A DNA stretch of 63,707 bases, filler included, from Candidatus Hydrogenedentota bacterium (GTDB taxonomy: Bacteria > JBFMHD01), in NCBI GenBank assembly GCA_040752395.1. It is 4 parts of 4 records of this genome, joined end to end, with 100 filler letters (N's around TTAATTAATTAA, not from the genome) between each part and the next. Parts side by side here need not be neighbours in the genome. Positions count along the whole stretch, not along the records: positions 1 to 16,510 come from JBFMHD010000039.1; 3 more parts are not named here. One strand, given 5' to 3'. The notes under the pieces are model-generated. The model did not search any database and was not told where the DNA came from. It saw only the letters and a list, made by a program, of their open reading frames with translations. Below, piece by piece: positions 1 through 10,066 of this stretch (its first letter is position 1; the number at the start of each line of letters is the position of its first letter). A program made the position numbers and the translations under genes.

Positions 1-1
1 A

Positions 2-1276
2 ATGAGTGAGGAAGCACTGAAGTATCGGGCCAAACGCGGTGTCCTTGAGTTAGACGAACAAATGGCTTTACTTATCCAGCGTGTTTCAGGTGCAACGTAT
101 GGTAATTTATTCTATCCACAGCTTTCAGGCGTTGCTTTCTCTTATAACCCTTATGTCTGGAGTGAAAGTATAGACCCTCATGCCGGAGTAATGCGGCTTG
201 TATTTGGGCTTGGAACAAGAGCTGTGGACCGCGCTGATGATGACTATACGCGTGTTGTTGCTCTAAATGCGCCTGATAAACGGCCTGAACCAGATTTTGA
301 TAAAGTAAAACGCTATGCTCAAAGACGGGTGGATATCCTCGACCTCGCTAATAATAAATTCACCTACAGTTATTTTACTGATGTTGTCAAACAAAGCCCG
401 GGATTACCAGTTGAAAAGTTCGCGATATTAGACCATAATGTTAACAATCATATGAAAGATTTTGAAACTAAACCCTGGGTTCTCACATTTGATAATATCT
501 TTTCAGAAACACAGTTTATAAATGATATGCGCAAAATGCTACAAACAATAAAAAATGTATATAAAACCAACATTGATATTGAATTTACTACAAACTTTTT
601 CCCGGATGGCACTTATAAACTGAACCTGCTACAGTGCAGACCACTGCAGGTCAATATAGATGTATCTGTCCAACCATCTAAGATTCCACGCATAAAAACT
701 GAGAACATCGTTATGAAAGCTTGCGGCGGAGTTATCGGTCAAAGCAGAGTTATGAGTATAAATAAAATTATTTATGTTATACCATCTGCCTATGGAAATC
801 TAAAAGAAAAAGACCGTTATGCTGTGGCAAGGTTGATTGGAAAATTAGCTCATCTTGGTGCCACAGAAGAGTCTAATAACATAATGATTTTTGGACCCGG
901 GAGATGGGGTACAAGTATGGCCTCGCTTGGTATACCTGTATCTTTTGGTGAGATTAACACTGTCTCTGTGTTGTGTGAAATAGATATGATGCATGAAGGC
1001 CTTGTCCCTGACCTCTCATTAGGGACTCACTTCTTTAACGAAATGGTAGAGACGAACATACTCTATATCGCATTCTTTAAAGCAAGAAAGGATAATATAC
1101 TTAATGAGAATTTTTTATTAAGTATGCCAAACCACATAAACGATGTATTACAATCAAATGAGGATTGGTCCAATGTGGTACGATATATATATTCTAAAGA
1201 TTTATCCGATAATAAAAGATTATACCTTAATGCTGATCCCTTGAAGCAGGTAGGTATCCTTTATATAAGCAAATAA
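2..1276 (+). CDS. PEP/pyruvate-binding domain (PPDK_N-like) protein, 5'-partial
   Basis: Motifs MALLIQRVSG, FGLGTRAV, DIEF, LLQCRP, GPGRWG and SLGTHFF; ORF is open to the window edge. Confidence 0.8.
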   Translation: MSEEALKYRAKRGVLELDEQMALLIQRVSGATYGNLFYPQLSGVAFSYNPYVWSESIDPHAGVMRLVFGLGTRAVDRADDDYTRVVALNAPDKRPEPDFDKVKRYAQRRVDILDLANNKFTYSYFTDVVKQSPGLPVEKFAILDHNVNNHMKDFETKPWVLTFDNIFSETQFINDMRKMLQTIKNVYKTNIDIEFTTNFFPDGTYKLNLLQCRPLQVNIDVSVQPSKIPRIKTENIVMKACGGVIGQSRVMSINKIIYVIPSAYGNLKEKDRYAVARLIGKLAHLGATEESNNIMIFGPGRWGTSMASLGIPVSFGEINTVSVLCEIDMMHEGLVPDLSLGTHFFNEMVETNILYIAFFKARKDNILNENFLLSMPNHINDVLQSNEDWSNVVRYIYSKDLSDNKRLYLNADPLKQVGILYISK

Positions 1277-1316
1277 ATCGTAACCACGAGGGAATACAAT
1301 CAGTCGTAATCCTTAA

Positions 1317-1350
1317 ACCAAACACCGAACTTAAGAACTCCATTGAAGAC
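1317..1350 (+). repeat. Short dispersed repeat ACCAAACACCGAAC(T/A)TAAGAAC, possible IS end; second copy at 28956-28990
   Basis: Direct sequence match between the two loci. Confidence 0.55.
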
Positions 1351-1425
1351 TGAAGCATTACAATCAGCAAAGTTTTGTAAAAATTGTTGACAAAAGAATA
1401 AAAAACATATTAATTTTTTAGTTTT

Positions 1426-1737
1426 ATGAACATAGAATATTATCCAGAAGACAAACTCAAAAAAGAAATTATGCAAATTATAAGAAAACATCTTGATGCT
1501 GACAGATATAAAGTATTCTTTTTTGGTTCCAGAGTTAAAGGGGATAATTTTATACATGCAGACATAGATATTGGAATTGAAGGTGATGAGCCGATACCTG
1601 CAAGCAGTAAACTTGAAATAATCGATGAGCTTGATAATTTACCCACATTATATAGAATAGACTTCATTGACTTTAAGGTAGTATCGGACAAATTTAAGAA
1701 TGAAGCATTAAAATATTCGGAAAGGATTGACACGTGA
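1426..1737 (+). CDS. Minimal nucleotidyltransferase (MNT) antitoxin
   Basis: FFGSRVKG..ADIDIGI motif, 103 aa, overlaps the HEPN gene. Confidence 0.85.
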   Translation: MNIEYYPEDKLKKEIMQIIRKHLDADRYKVFFFGSRVKGDNFIHADIDIGIEGDEPIPASSKLEIIDELDNLPTLYRIDFIDFKVVSDKFKNEALKYSERIDT

Positions 1738-2108
1738 GCTTGCCAGTGCTTGGAGATTTTGTTAAATCCATTGAAAGATTAAAGGAAGTTCTTTTGCTTG
1801 TAAAAACACCGGTAATCCGCGACTCGGCCATAAAAAGGTTTGAAATCTGTTTCGATTTGGCCTGGAAATCGATTAAGAGCTACGCAAAAAAAGAGGGTAT
1901 TGAATGCAATTCACCACGTTCTGCTTTTAAAACTGCTTTTGAGCTGAAATTAATTGATTATGACGAAAGATGGCTTGAAATGATTGATGACAGGAATTTA
2001 ACTGCGCATATTTATAAAGAGGAATATGCCGAAGCAATTTTTTTAAAACTGAATGAATACACAGATATGTTCAATATGTTGTCAGACAAACTGCAGAAGG
2101 CTTTATAG
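1734..2108 (+). CDS. HEPN (HI0074-like nucleotidyltransferase substrate-binding) toxin
   Basis: RDSAIKRFEIC and the R-X4-H motif RNLTAHIY. Confidence 0.85.
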   Translation: MSLPVLGDFVKSIERLKEVLLLVKTPVIRDSAIKRFEICFDLAWKSIKSYAKKEGIECNSPRSAFKTAFELKLIDYDERWLEMIDDRNLTAHIYKEEYAEAIFLKLNEYTDMFNMLSDKLQKAL

Positions 2109-2176
2109 TCACTAAAATAATCTGCATAACCAATGTAGTGTATTATAACATTAATTTCTGATCGTAGATTTTTTAT

Positions 2177-2238
2177 GTCATACCCCCAAAAGCGGGAACC
2201 CATACTCTTTTACTGGATTTCACGGTTGAGCCGGGAAA
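2177..2238. repeat. Degenerate REP-like palindrome (GTCAT...AAAGCGGGAA..CA...CTGGAT type)
   Basis: Resembles the GTCATTCCCGC-GCGGGAATCC palindrome class; several mismatches. Confidence 0.4.
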
Positions 2239-2292
2239 TTTATGTCACAAGCCAGTAGTGCTTAACTATAGTATTGATTATAAACTTAGGAG

Positions 2293-3612
2293 ATGAAAAT
2301 GCAAAAGTTCAGTAATTTAAATATTGTTTTAGTAGAAATATTCTTTTTTTTAGTCATATTTAAAAATTCTGCTACAGGAGATTACTGGGACAAGTTTAAA
2401 CACATTCCTTTGGGATGTGTCAAGCTTGATATAGGCAGTAGTTTGCGGTTAAGATACCAATCACAACATAATTTTAACATAAAGAAATACGGCCAAACCT
2501 GTGATGACTTTTTTGAAGAACGTTTTCGGCTGGAATTAAATTTTAAACTTGGTAATAATAAGCGTATGTTTATTCAATTACAGGATGCACATGTTGAGAA
2601 TTTGAATTTTACTGTCGAAGATTTTTATCCGCCATATTCTCCTTATGAAAATCCTTTTGACCTGAGGCAAGCTTTTATTGAATATCAGAACATTGCTAAT
2701 ACGCCATTAGGTATCAAACTTGGCCGTCAAACAATCTTTTACGGTGATAATCGTATTTTTGGTCCTGGAGAATGGGGTAATGTCGGACGTTATTTTTGGG
2801 ATGCCGCAAAGATTATTTATGATGATTTAAATTATCTTAAAATGGATATGTTTATAGCTCAACAGGTAATGAGTAAGCCTCATGAGTCTGATACTAAAAA
2901 ATCTGATTTAACTGTCTATGGGTTATACTCAACCATAAAAATATTCAATCCTGCTATTGATTTGTTTTATGTTTTGAAGAAAAATGATAAAACTAAACTC
3001 AAATGTTCTACTCTTGGGACAAGATTTGATGGAAATCTCTCTATGCTTTTTTACTCCGGTACATTTGCTTATCAGTTTGGCGATAAGAATGAAGATGACA
3101 TAGATGCCTGGGGATACAACGCAAAAATAGGTTATCTTATACCAAGACTGTGGTTATCTGAACTCGGAGTTGAATATTCTTATGCTTCTGGTGATGATGA
3201 CCCAAAAGATGGAAATTACAAAACATTTGATGGAGTATTGGGTGCTATTGATATGTACTATGGCAGGATGGCTTTTTTCTCATGGATGAATTTGAAAGAT
3301 TACCAGATCAACTTGGATACTAAACCTACACGGAAACTATCAACTACACTGCAATATCACTGGTTTAAACTTGCAGAAAGTAAAGACGCATGGTATTATG
3401 GTAATGGAAAGCCACAAAGACAGGATAAAACAGGTAAGGCTGGTTCATTTTTGGGCAAGGAAATACTTTTAGCAGTAAAATATGTCTTCAATAAACATTT
3501 TAATATTTTCACTGGATACTGTTACTTTTTTCCGGGTGAGTTTATAAAAAATACTGGAGGCTACAAAGGAGAGTCTTCTTTGTTATTTTTCCAGACAGAG
3601 TATAAATTTTAA
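2293..3612 (+). CDS. Alginate-export-family outer-membrane beta-barrel protein
   Basis: Signal-like N-terminus, DLRQAFI, LGRQ, YASGDDDP.DG motifs, C-terminal Phe. Confidence 0.75.
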   Translation: MKMQKFSNLNIVLVEIFFFLVIFKNSATGDYWDKFKHIPLGCVKLDIGSSLRLRYQSQHNFNIKKYGQTCDDFFEERFRLELNFKLGNNKRMFIQLQDAHVENLNFTVEDFYPPYSPYENPFDLRQAFIEYQNIANTPLGIKLGRQTIFYGDNRIFGPGEWGNVGRYFWDAAKIIYDDLNYLKMDMFIAQQVMSKPHESDTKKSDLTVYGLYSTIKIFNPAIDLFYVLKKNDKTKLKCSTLGTRFDGNLSMLFYSGTFAYQFGDKNEDDIDAWGYNAKIGYLIPRLWLSELGVEYSYASGDDDPKDGNYKTFDGVLGAIDMYYGRMAFFSWMNLKDYQINLDTKPTRKLSTTLQYHWFKLAESKDAWYYGNGKPQRQDKTGKAGSFLGKEILLAVKYVFNKHFNIFTGYCYFFPGEFIKNTGGYKGESSLLFFQTEYKF

Positions 3613-3633
3613 GAAATAGGAGGAGATGCTAAG

Positions 3634-4572
3634 ATGAAAACTTTATTACAAGCAAAAAGTTTTTGTAAATCACTAGTAATATTTATCAGTATTGTATTGC
3701 TTTTGGTAATTACCAATCATGAAGTATTTGGGAAAGGAAAGAAACGACTACTTTTTCATGCTGGTGCTGGGCAACGTCCTTCACTTGATGAAATTGCTGA
3801 AATATTTCAACAGCGTCATCCTGATGTCAGAGTAGATTTTTCTTATAAAGGTTCTGGCTATTTCTTAGCAGATATGACAATTTCTAAAGAAGGCGACCTG
3901 TATATGCCAGGAGAAGAATTTTATCTTTTACAGGCAGATAAAAGAGGATTTGTTGCTGACTATAATCCTGAAACAGACATAGCTGCATATTTTGTTACTG
4001 TGATTATCACTCCAAAAGGTAACCCTAAAAACATCAAATCAGTGGCTGACTTTGCAAAATCCGGTACCCGAGTAGGTTTAGGTGATCCCAAAGCATGCGC
4101 TATAGGAATCTGGCATGAAACAATATTTAAAAAAGCAGGTATCCTGGAGAATGTTCGCAAAAACGCTACTATGAATGCAAAAACTATACCTGAATTAGGT
4201 AATGCCTGCCAGTTAAAAGCTATTGATGCAACTATTGTCTGGGCTACTACTGCTATGCTTTACCTTAAAGATATTGAAATAATACCTATGGAACCTAAAT
4301 ACCGTGGATTGATCAGATTACCTGTTGCTATCCTGAAATTTTGTAGGTACCCAAAAGAAACAAAAGAACTTAAAAACTTTATTCTATCTGATGAAGGAAA
4401 GAAAATATTTCACAGTCACGCTTATTGTATTGACCCGAATAAAGTAGACGAAGATATGAAATGGTTAGTTGAAGCATCAAAAGTTGCTAAAGACCCGTCT
4501 ATCCCTGTTACAGAAGAAACTGTTGGTCCGTTTGTAAAAGAAGTAAAACGCCAGCGTGAAACAAAAAGATGA
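3634..4572 (+). CDS. Molybdate/tungstate-type ABC substrate-binding protein (ModA-like)
   Basis: Signal peptide, AGAG, GSG and GDPKACAIG motifs; operon context. Confidence 0.75.
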   Translation: MKTLLQAKSFCKSLVIFISIVLLLVITNHEVFGKGKKRLLFHAGAGQRPSLDEIAEIFQQRHPDVRVDFSYKGSGYFLADMTISKEGDLYMPGEEFYLLQADKRGFVADYNPETDIAAYFVTVIITPKGNPKNIKSVADFAKSGTRVGLGDPKACAIGIWHETIFKKAGILENVRKNATMNAKTIPELGNACQLKAIDATIVWATTAMLYLKDIEIIPMEPKYRGLIRLPVAILKFCRYPKETKELKNFILSDEGKKIFHSHAYCIDPNKVDEDMKWLVEASKVAKDPSIPVTEETVGPFVKEVKRQRETKR

Positions 4573-5372
4573 ATTACAGCAAAATTAAACAATCAGTCTG
4601 GATAACTTCTTTTTCAGCGTTTGTAGTCATTGTTCTTATTGCAATAGGTTTCCTTATTATTACTAATGTTTTATTCTTAGGTTTAAGTGATTTTTTATAT
4701 TACGCAGGCGAATCACGTACTTGGGTAAGTTTTGTTACTACTTTATGGACAACAACAATAGCAACTGTATTATCAATGTTTATTGGTGTACCTGTAGGTT
4801 ATACTCTTTCCCGATATAAACTTCCCTGCTCAAAGCTGATGAAAACTTTAATTGACCTTCCTGTAATGGTACCGCCAGTAGCAACAGGTGTGTTTCTTTT
4901 GGGGGTATTTAAATCTGTACCATTAGTAAATATAACACAGTTTTTAGGGATAAGAATAGACCATGCATTACCAGGAGTAATTGTAGCTCAGTTTACCGTG
5001 ACAGTATCCTTTTGTATTCGTCTTGTAATGGCATCTTTTGATACAATCAGCCCCAGGTTTGAAGCAGTAGCGAGGAGTTTAGGTGCAGATTTGCCGTATA
5101 CATTTTTCAAAGTAAGTTTACCTTTAGCTAAAAATGGTCTCATAGCAAGTTTAATCATAGTATGGGCACGAGCTGTTGCAGAATGGGGCTCATTGATGCT
5201 TTTTGTTGGCGGTATTCAGGGAAGAACAGACGTAATGCCTTTTGCAGTGTATCTTGATTTTATTAGTGGTAAAATAGGCTCGGCACTTACAATGAGTATG
5301 TTATGTATATTGATTGCTATAGGAAGTATGTATGCTGTATACCGGGTCGGAGGTAAAACACGTGTCTGGTAG
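4569..5372 (+). CDS. ABC permease (ModB/WtpB-like) 1
   Basis: IDLPVMVPP, EAVARSLGA (EAA loop), WARAVAEWG. Confidence 0.8.
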   Translation: MNYSKIKQSVWITSFSAFVVIVLIAIGFLIITNVLFLGLSDFLYYAGESRTWVSFVTTLWTTTIATVLSMFIGVPVGYTLSRYKLPCSKLMKTLIDLPVMVPPVATGVFLLGVFKSVPLVNITQFLGIRIDHALPGVIVAQFTVTVSFCIRLVMASFDTISPRFEAVARSLGADLPYTFFKVSLPLAKNGLIASLIIVWARAVAEWGSLMLFVGGIQGRTDVMPFAVYLDFISGKIGSALTMSMLCILIAIGSMYAVYRVGGKTRVW

Positions 5373-6201
5373 TAAATGGTTTATATCTATATTATATGCT
5401 ATAACTGTTTTATTTATCTTGTATGTTTGTTGGTTATTTTTAAGTAATACAGGACATACTGATATACAATCTATTTTGCAACTGGTAAACAGAAATTGGT
5501 TCTGGAGGTCTGTAAAACTTAGTTTAGTAACATCGTTTATTACTACTATAATAGCCATATTGATAGGCATCCCGGCAGCGTATGCGCTTTCCAGGTTTGA
5601 AATTCCTGGAAAGACATTTATTGACATAATATTCGCATCTGTTATTGTATTACCAGCATCAAGTATTGGTCTGTGTTTGATAGTCGCATTTCAATATGAA
5701 CCTGTATTAAAAATTCAAGAGGCATTAGGATTTCGTATTGTTCACAGTCTTCCAAGTATTGTTATTGCTCAATTAGTACATGCTATTGCTTTTGGTATAA
5801 AAGCATGGCGGGTTGCTTTTGATAATGTAAATCCGCGGTTTGAACAGGTAGCCCGCACATTGGGCAGTTCCAGGATAAGAACCTTCTGGAAAATTACTCT
5901 ACCTCAATCTAAAATAGGAATAATCGCTGGCATAATTTTAGCATGGACACGAGCAATGGCAGAATTCGGTGCTGTGTTACTTTTTTCTAGTACATTCCGT
6001 AACAGACATATAAGTCAATTTTCTGATATAACCAGATTTCTGGGATTGGACAGAGCAGATATACTCCCTATAAGTATGTTACTGGAAATAGAGTGTGGTA
6101 ATATTGAACAGGGTATTGCAATTGCTTTTGTCTTATTAATGATTACTGTGTTGTCAGTTTATACACTCAATAAAATAGGTGGAAAAGGAGTTTTAAGTTA
6201 A
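5332..6201 (+). CDS. ABC permease (ModB/WtpB-like) 2; true start may be the GTG at 5362
   Basis: EQVARTLGS, AWTRAMAEFGA. Confidence 0.8.
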   Translation: MLYTGSEVKHVSGSKWFISILYAITVLFILYVCWLFLSNTGHTDIQSILQLVNRNWFWRSVKLSLVTSFITTIIAILIGIPAAYALSRFEIPGKTFIDIIFASVIVLPASSIGLCLIVAFQYEPVLKIQEALGFRIVHSLPSIVIAQLVHAIAFGIKAWRVAFDNVNPRFEQVARTLGSSRIRTFWKITLPQSKIGIIAGIILAWTRAMAEFGAVLLFSSTFRNRHISQFSDITRFLGLDRADILPISMLLEIECGNIEQGIAIAFVLLMITVLSVYTLNKIGGKGVLS

Positions 6202-6203
6202 GT

Positions 6204-7268
6204 GTGATTCAAATAAAAAACTTAAATGTTACATTAGGCAATTTTATAATGAAAAATATCAATCTAAAAATCAATACAGGTGAATATTTTGTACTGCTTG
6301 GTCCGACTGGCTGTGGAAAGACTGTACTGTTAGAATGTTTGGTTGGTATTAGGAAACCTGATTCTGGAGAAATATGGATTGATAATGAAAATATTACCCA
6401 TAAATATCCAGAAGAACGGCATATAGGTTATCTACCTCAGGATTTTACTCTTTTCCCTAATATGACAGTACAGGAAAACATTGAGTTCGGTTTGAAAGCA
6501 CAAAAGAAAGATAAAAAGTATATACAATCAGTAATAAATATGCTTGCTGAATCATTGAATTTATCTCAACTATTATCACGATACACTCAAGGACTCAGTG
6601 GTGGAGAAAAACAAAGAGTAGCGCTTGCCAGAGCACTTGCGATAGAACCAAAATCAATTTTTCTTGATGAGCCTTTAAATGCTATAGATGAAAATACACG
6701 AGAACGACTCTCTTATGAATTACGCAGTATCCATGACAAGTTTGGTACGACTTTTGTCCATGTGTCGCATAATTTAGAAGAAATATCTGATGTTGCTGAC
6801 AGAGTAGGTATTATGAATTTTGGTACTCTTGAACAGGTAGATACTATCCAGGAAATACTGCGGCATCCTGTTAATCAGTATGTTGCTGAGTTTACCCGAA
6901 CTAAAAACATTTTTCCAGGGTCTTCTATCTCAACAGATGATGGGTGTCGGGTGTTAGTAAACAATACAATCTGGTTTCATACAAAATCTAAACTCGTAGG
7001 TAATGTTTTAGCAATTATCCGTCCTGAAGAAATACACTTTAATAAAAGACATCTGAATCCGTCTGAATTGGATAAAAATGTTTTCTCTGGTAAAATTGTT
7101 AAGATTACTAATAAAGGAAATTTTATTCGCTTAGAAATAGATATTGGAATATTGCTTACGGTTTGTACAATGGCTTATATTATGTATGCTGATACAGGTG
7201 TTCAAAAAGAAGATACAGTATCAGTATATATCCCACCGGATGCTGTCCATTTAATCAAAAAGATATAA
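6204..7268 (+). CDS. ABC ATPase with TOBE-like C-terminus (WtpC/ModC-like)
   Basis: Walker A GPTGCGKT, LSGGE signature, FLDEP. Confidence 0.85.
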   Translation: MIQIKNLNVTLGNFIMKNINLKINTGEYFVLLGPTGCGKTVLLECLVGIRKPDSGEIWIDNENITHKYPEERHIGYLPQDFTLFPNMTVQENIEFGLKAQKKDKKYIQSVINMLAESLNLSQLLSRYTQGLSGGEKQRVALARALAIEPKSIFLDEPLNAIDENTRERLSYELRSIHDKFGTTFVHVSHNLEEISDVADRVGIMNFGTLEQVDTIQEILRHPVNQYVAEFTRTKNIFPGSSISTDDGCRVLVNNTIWFHTKSKLVGNVLAIIRPEEIHFNKRHLNPSELDKNVFSGKIVKITNKGNFIRLEIDIGILLTVCTMAYIMYADTGVQKEDTVSVYIPPDAVHLIKKI

Positions 7269-7624
7269 AACTAAATTGAAATAGATTAATGATGCCTGTC
7301 AAATCATTTAAGAATGTAACCATAGATTAGATGAAAAAGATTCGGCATTTTTTGAATACTGTTGTAAAGAATCCTTATGTCTTTTTGGTCTTTTGTTTGC
7401 AAGCTAGTAAATTCTATTAAGTTTTTTATCTATTGCTTTTTTTCATATATTATGCTTATGAATGACTGGTTATTCATAAATCAAATTTACTATTGGTTGC
7501 TATCTTATTTTTTTCTTCTTTATTTTCAAGGGTTTTATTGAACTAAAATTCCTCAACCCTTCAACTATTTAAAATGAGGAGGAAACCTCCAGTGGTGGCT
7601 TGGCTGCGACGTCTGGGTATGAAG

Positions 7625-8026
7625 TTAGATGCAAAATATATTAATTTTATAGAGAACAGCTGATAGTGCTGCCTGACCTTCACCTGTTTCTGGAACTGTA
7701 AATTCTTTGCTGCTTAAGGAATAAAAAAGTTTTGCCACCGATTTTTTGTTTGTGGAGAAAATCGCGAATGAGGAAGAAAATAAAATATCTTCATGTAATA
7801 TAACAGAATTCTCTCCGATTAGTTTATACCATGAGTATATAGATTCTTCGGACATTTTTATTCTAAATTCTTTTAAAACATCTGCTATTTCACTTAAAAT
7901 TGATAATGTTGTATAATTCTGTAAATATCCCTTTCTCCATAAATCTAAAACTTTATAAGAATTACCGCTCCAAAAAATGCCTGAAATAAATACATTGGTA
8001 TCAATCACAACTTTTATTTTCTTCAT
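7625..8026 (-). pseudogene. PIN-family toxin whose C-terminal half appears replaced
   Basis: VVIDTNVFISG N-terminus; the later D.DD and GD.DL PIN motifs are absent after about residue 78. Confidence 0.65.
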
Positions 8027-8296
8027 TTATTGTTTATTCTTTCTTCTGACAGATTTAATAGCATCTTCTATAGTACTTTTTTTTAACTTATTTTCTTTTG
8101 CAAATTTACGAGCTTTTGCTATAAGTCTATCAAAATTATTAAAAGAGGGAGGCTCAAGAGTTTTTAAAACTATAGTATCTCCTTCATGAAAAACAATAAA
8201 ATTTTCACCTTCTTGTAACTGCATTTGTTCTCTAATTTTTTGAGGTATAACCACTTGTCCTTTTGAAGATAATTTTGTAACTTCTAATTGTTGCAT
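8027..8296 (-). CDS. AbrB/MazE/SpoVT-family antitoxin
   Basis: TKLSSKGQVVIPQKIR motif, directly upstream of the PIN gene. Confidence 0.88.
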   Translation of the reverse strand: MQQLEVTKLSSKGQVVIPQKIREQMQLQEGENFIVFHEGDTIVLKTLEPPSFNNFDRLIAKARKFAKENKLKKSTIEDAIKSVRRKNKQ

Positions 8297-8332
8297 ATTC
8301 TAATCCTCCTATAAGATTTTTTTACTAATAAG

Positions 8333-8361
8333 ATTATATCAATAAAGATATTTAATGTCAA
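8333..8361 (-). promoter_or_regulatory. Consensus sigma-70 promoter of the AbrB-PIN operon
   Basis: TTGACA-17 nt-TATAAT on the minus strand, 37 nt upstream of the ATG. Confidence 0.75.
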
Positions 8362-8387
8362 TTAATAATTTCGGATAATAATGTATA

Positions 8388-8600
8388 TGTTATGTCAATA
8401 ATTATGTTGAAAATTAATAAAAAAGGGCATATTCTTCCTTAATTAAGTATAAAAACTCTTAAAAAGGAGGAACATACCCTATGAAAAGCATGAGTAAGCC
8501 GTTAACAGCCTTAACAGAATCAGACTTATGGAAAGAAGTCAAGGTCGAAGAGGATGATATCTGGGGAGATTTGAACCCACAACATTTAAAAAAAGAATAA
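8388..8600 (+). mobile_element. IS remnant: terminal repeat plus a 39-aa truncated transposase N-terminus (IS256-like, 8481-8600)
   Basis: 25 bp exactly inverted-identical to 51478-51502; AAGGAGG RBS; the family call for peptide MKSMSKPLTALTESDLWKEVK..DIWGDL is from recollection. Confidence 0.5.
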
Positions 8601-8615
8601 ATATTCACTGAAATA

Positions 8616-9899
8616 TCAAATAAAAGAAAATAATTTTATTATTCGGCCGCTGTAGCCATCAATACTTAAACCCTGAGATAGATTTACTTTGTCGCCATTA
8701 AGTATGTCTATACCCCTGCCCCTCAATCCTAAATCTATTTTATTTTTAGTAGCTCTCATATTAACTCCAACAAGTATCGCATTCACTTTGTTAAATCTTA
8801 AAAAGGTTACCACATCATCAGAATGTGAATTAAGTAAAAATTCGCTCTCTCCATCTCTTAAAACATCATTATCCTTTCTTATCTTAAATAGCTTTTTATA
8901 AAAACTAAACAGAGATTCAGTATAAGCTGTATTAAAGTTAATCTCAAGTTTGTCAAACAACCCCCGCCAGTTAGGATAATCCTCGTCTCCAGACTCCTGT
9001 CCTGACCAGATTAAAGGAACACCATCAAGCATATACATCAGTATCGCTGCTGCAAATGTTTCCTTGAACCCAAAAAATGATATGCTCCTGTCTTCATCGT
9101 TATTCTCAAGAAATCGTAGCCTGATAGCTTTTTGTGGAAACCTTCTTTTTTGCTCCTCATACATCTTACGGATATTATCCGCAGATGCTCCCTCCTTAAA
9201 TACTCTTCTTATCTCTTTTCGTATCTCGCTCTCATAGGTTATATCAAATGAGGCTAAATGTAACTCAGGCTCATTACTCTCAGCTAATAACAGAATATCT
9301 TCTTTAACCTTTTTTAATTCTATCCGTGCCTCTACCCAGAAATCAGTAGGGACAAGTGAAGCTACATCACACCTGAATCCATCAATGCCAAATTCTTTTA
9401 TCCAGTACTTCATTGAATCAATTATATATCTCCTTAAATCACAGTTTCTATAATTCAGATTTACGACATCATTCCAATCAGGATGCGGTAATGTCAGATT
9501 ACCATTCTCATCCCTTTTAAGCCAGTCCGGGTCCGAAAATATTGTTTCATTATCCAGTGAACAGTGATTAGCTACCCAGTCAATAATAACTCTCATTCCT
9601 CTTTTATGTATCTCCTGGATAACAAGCAAAAAATCAGCTTCATTGCCTAAATCAAAATTTATTTTACGATAATCTTTCACAGAATACGGGCTGCCAAGTG
9701 TGCCTTTCCTGTTCTTTATACCAATTGGATGTATCGGCATAAACCATATAAGAGTGGCTCCTAAATTCTTTATTCTATCTAAATCAGGGATAACAGATTT
9801 AAAATCACCCTTTTTTGTATGAGCACGTACAAATAACTGATAAATCACTGTATTATATATCCATTCAGGCGAATCAACTGATTTTTTTTGCGAATACAT
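8616..9899 (-). CDS. GH13 alpha-amylase family glycosyl hydrolase
   Basis: DWVANH, DGFRCDVA, LLAE, FLENND conserved regions. Confidence 0.88.
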   Translation of the reverse strand: MYSQKKSVDSPEWIYNTVIYQLFVRAHTKKGDFKSVIPDLDRIKNLGATLIWFMPIHPIGIKNRKGTLGSPYSVKDYRKINFDLGNEADFLLVIQEIHKRGMRVIIDWVANHCSLDNETIFSDPDWLKRDENGNLTLPHPDWNDVVNLNYRNCDLRRYIIDSMKYWIKEFGIDGFRCDVASLVPTDFWVEARIELKKVKEDILLLAESNEPELHLASFDITYESEIRKEIRRVFKEGASADNIRKMYEEQKRRFPQKAIRLRFLENNDEDRSISFFGFKETFAAAILMYMLDGVPLIWSGQESGDEDYPNWRGLFDKLEINFNTAYTESLFSFYKKLFKIRKDNDVLRDGESEFLLNSHSDDVVTFLRFNKVNAILVGVNMRATKNKIDLGLRGRGIDILNGDKVNLSQGLSIDGYSGRIIKLFSFI

Positions 9900-9966
9900 A
9901 GTTCACTCTCATAATAGTTGTTAGTTTAATTAGTTGCAAAAATTGCAAATTATTGTATATGTTATT

Positions 9967-10042
9967 CCGAGGTGATGAGGAACACGTCTTCATAAAATGT
10001 GTGGCATGACCACAATTAGGAGGATGACGCCTCATTCCTCGG
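9967..10042. other. Long imperfect intergenic hairpin
   Basis: CCGAGG/CCTCGG, ATGAGG/CCTCAT and TGTGG/CCACA nested stems. Confidence 0.55.
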
Positions 10043-10066
10043 TCAAAAGCTTTGATTACATCCTGA

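Noticed and set aside
8371-8400. dif-like sequence ATAATGTATATGTTATGTCAAT
   Set aside because: Spacer is 2 nt too long, and the right half is explained by the IS-type terminus repeated at 51478
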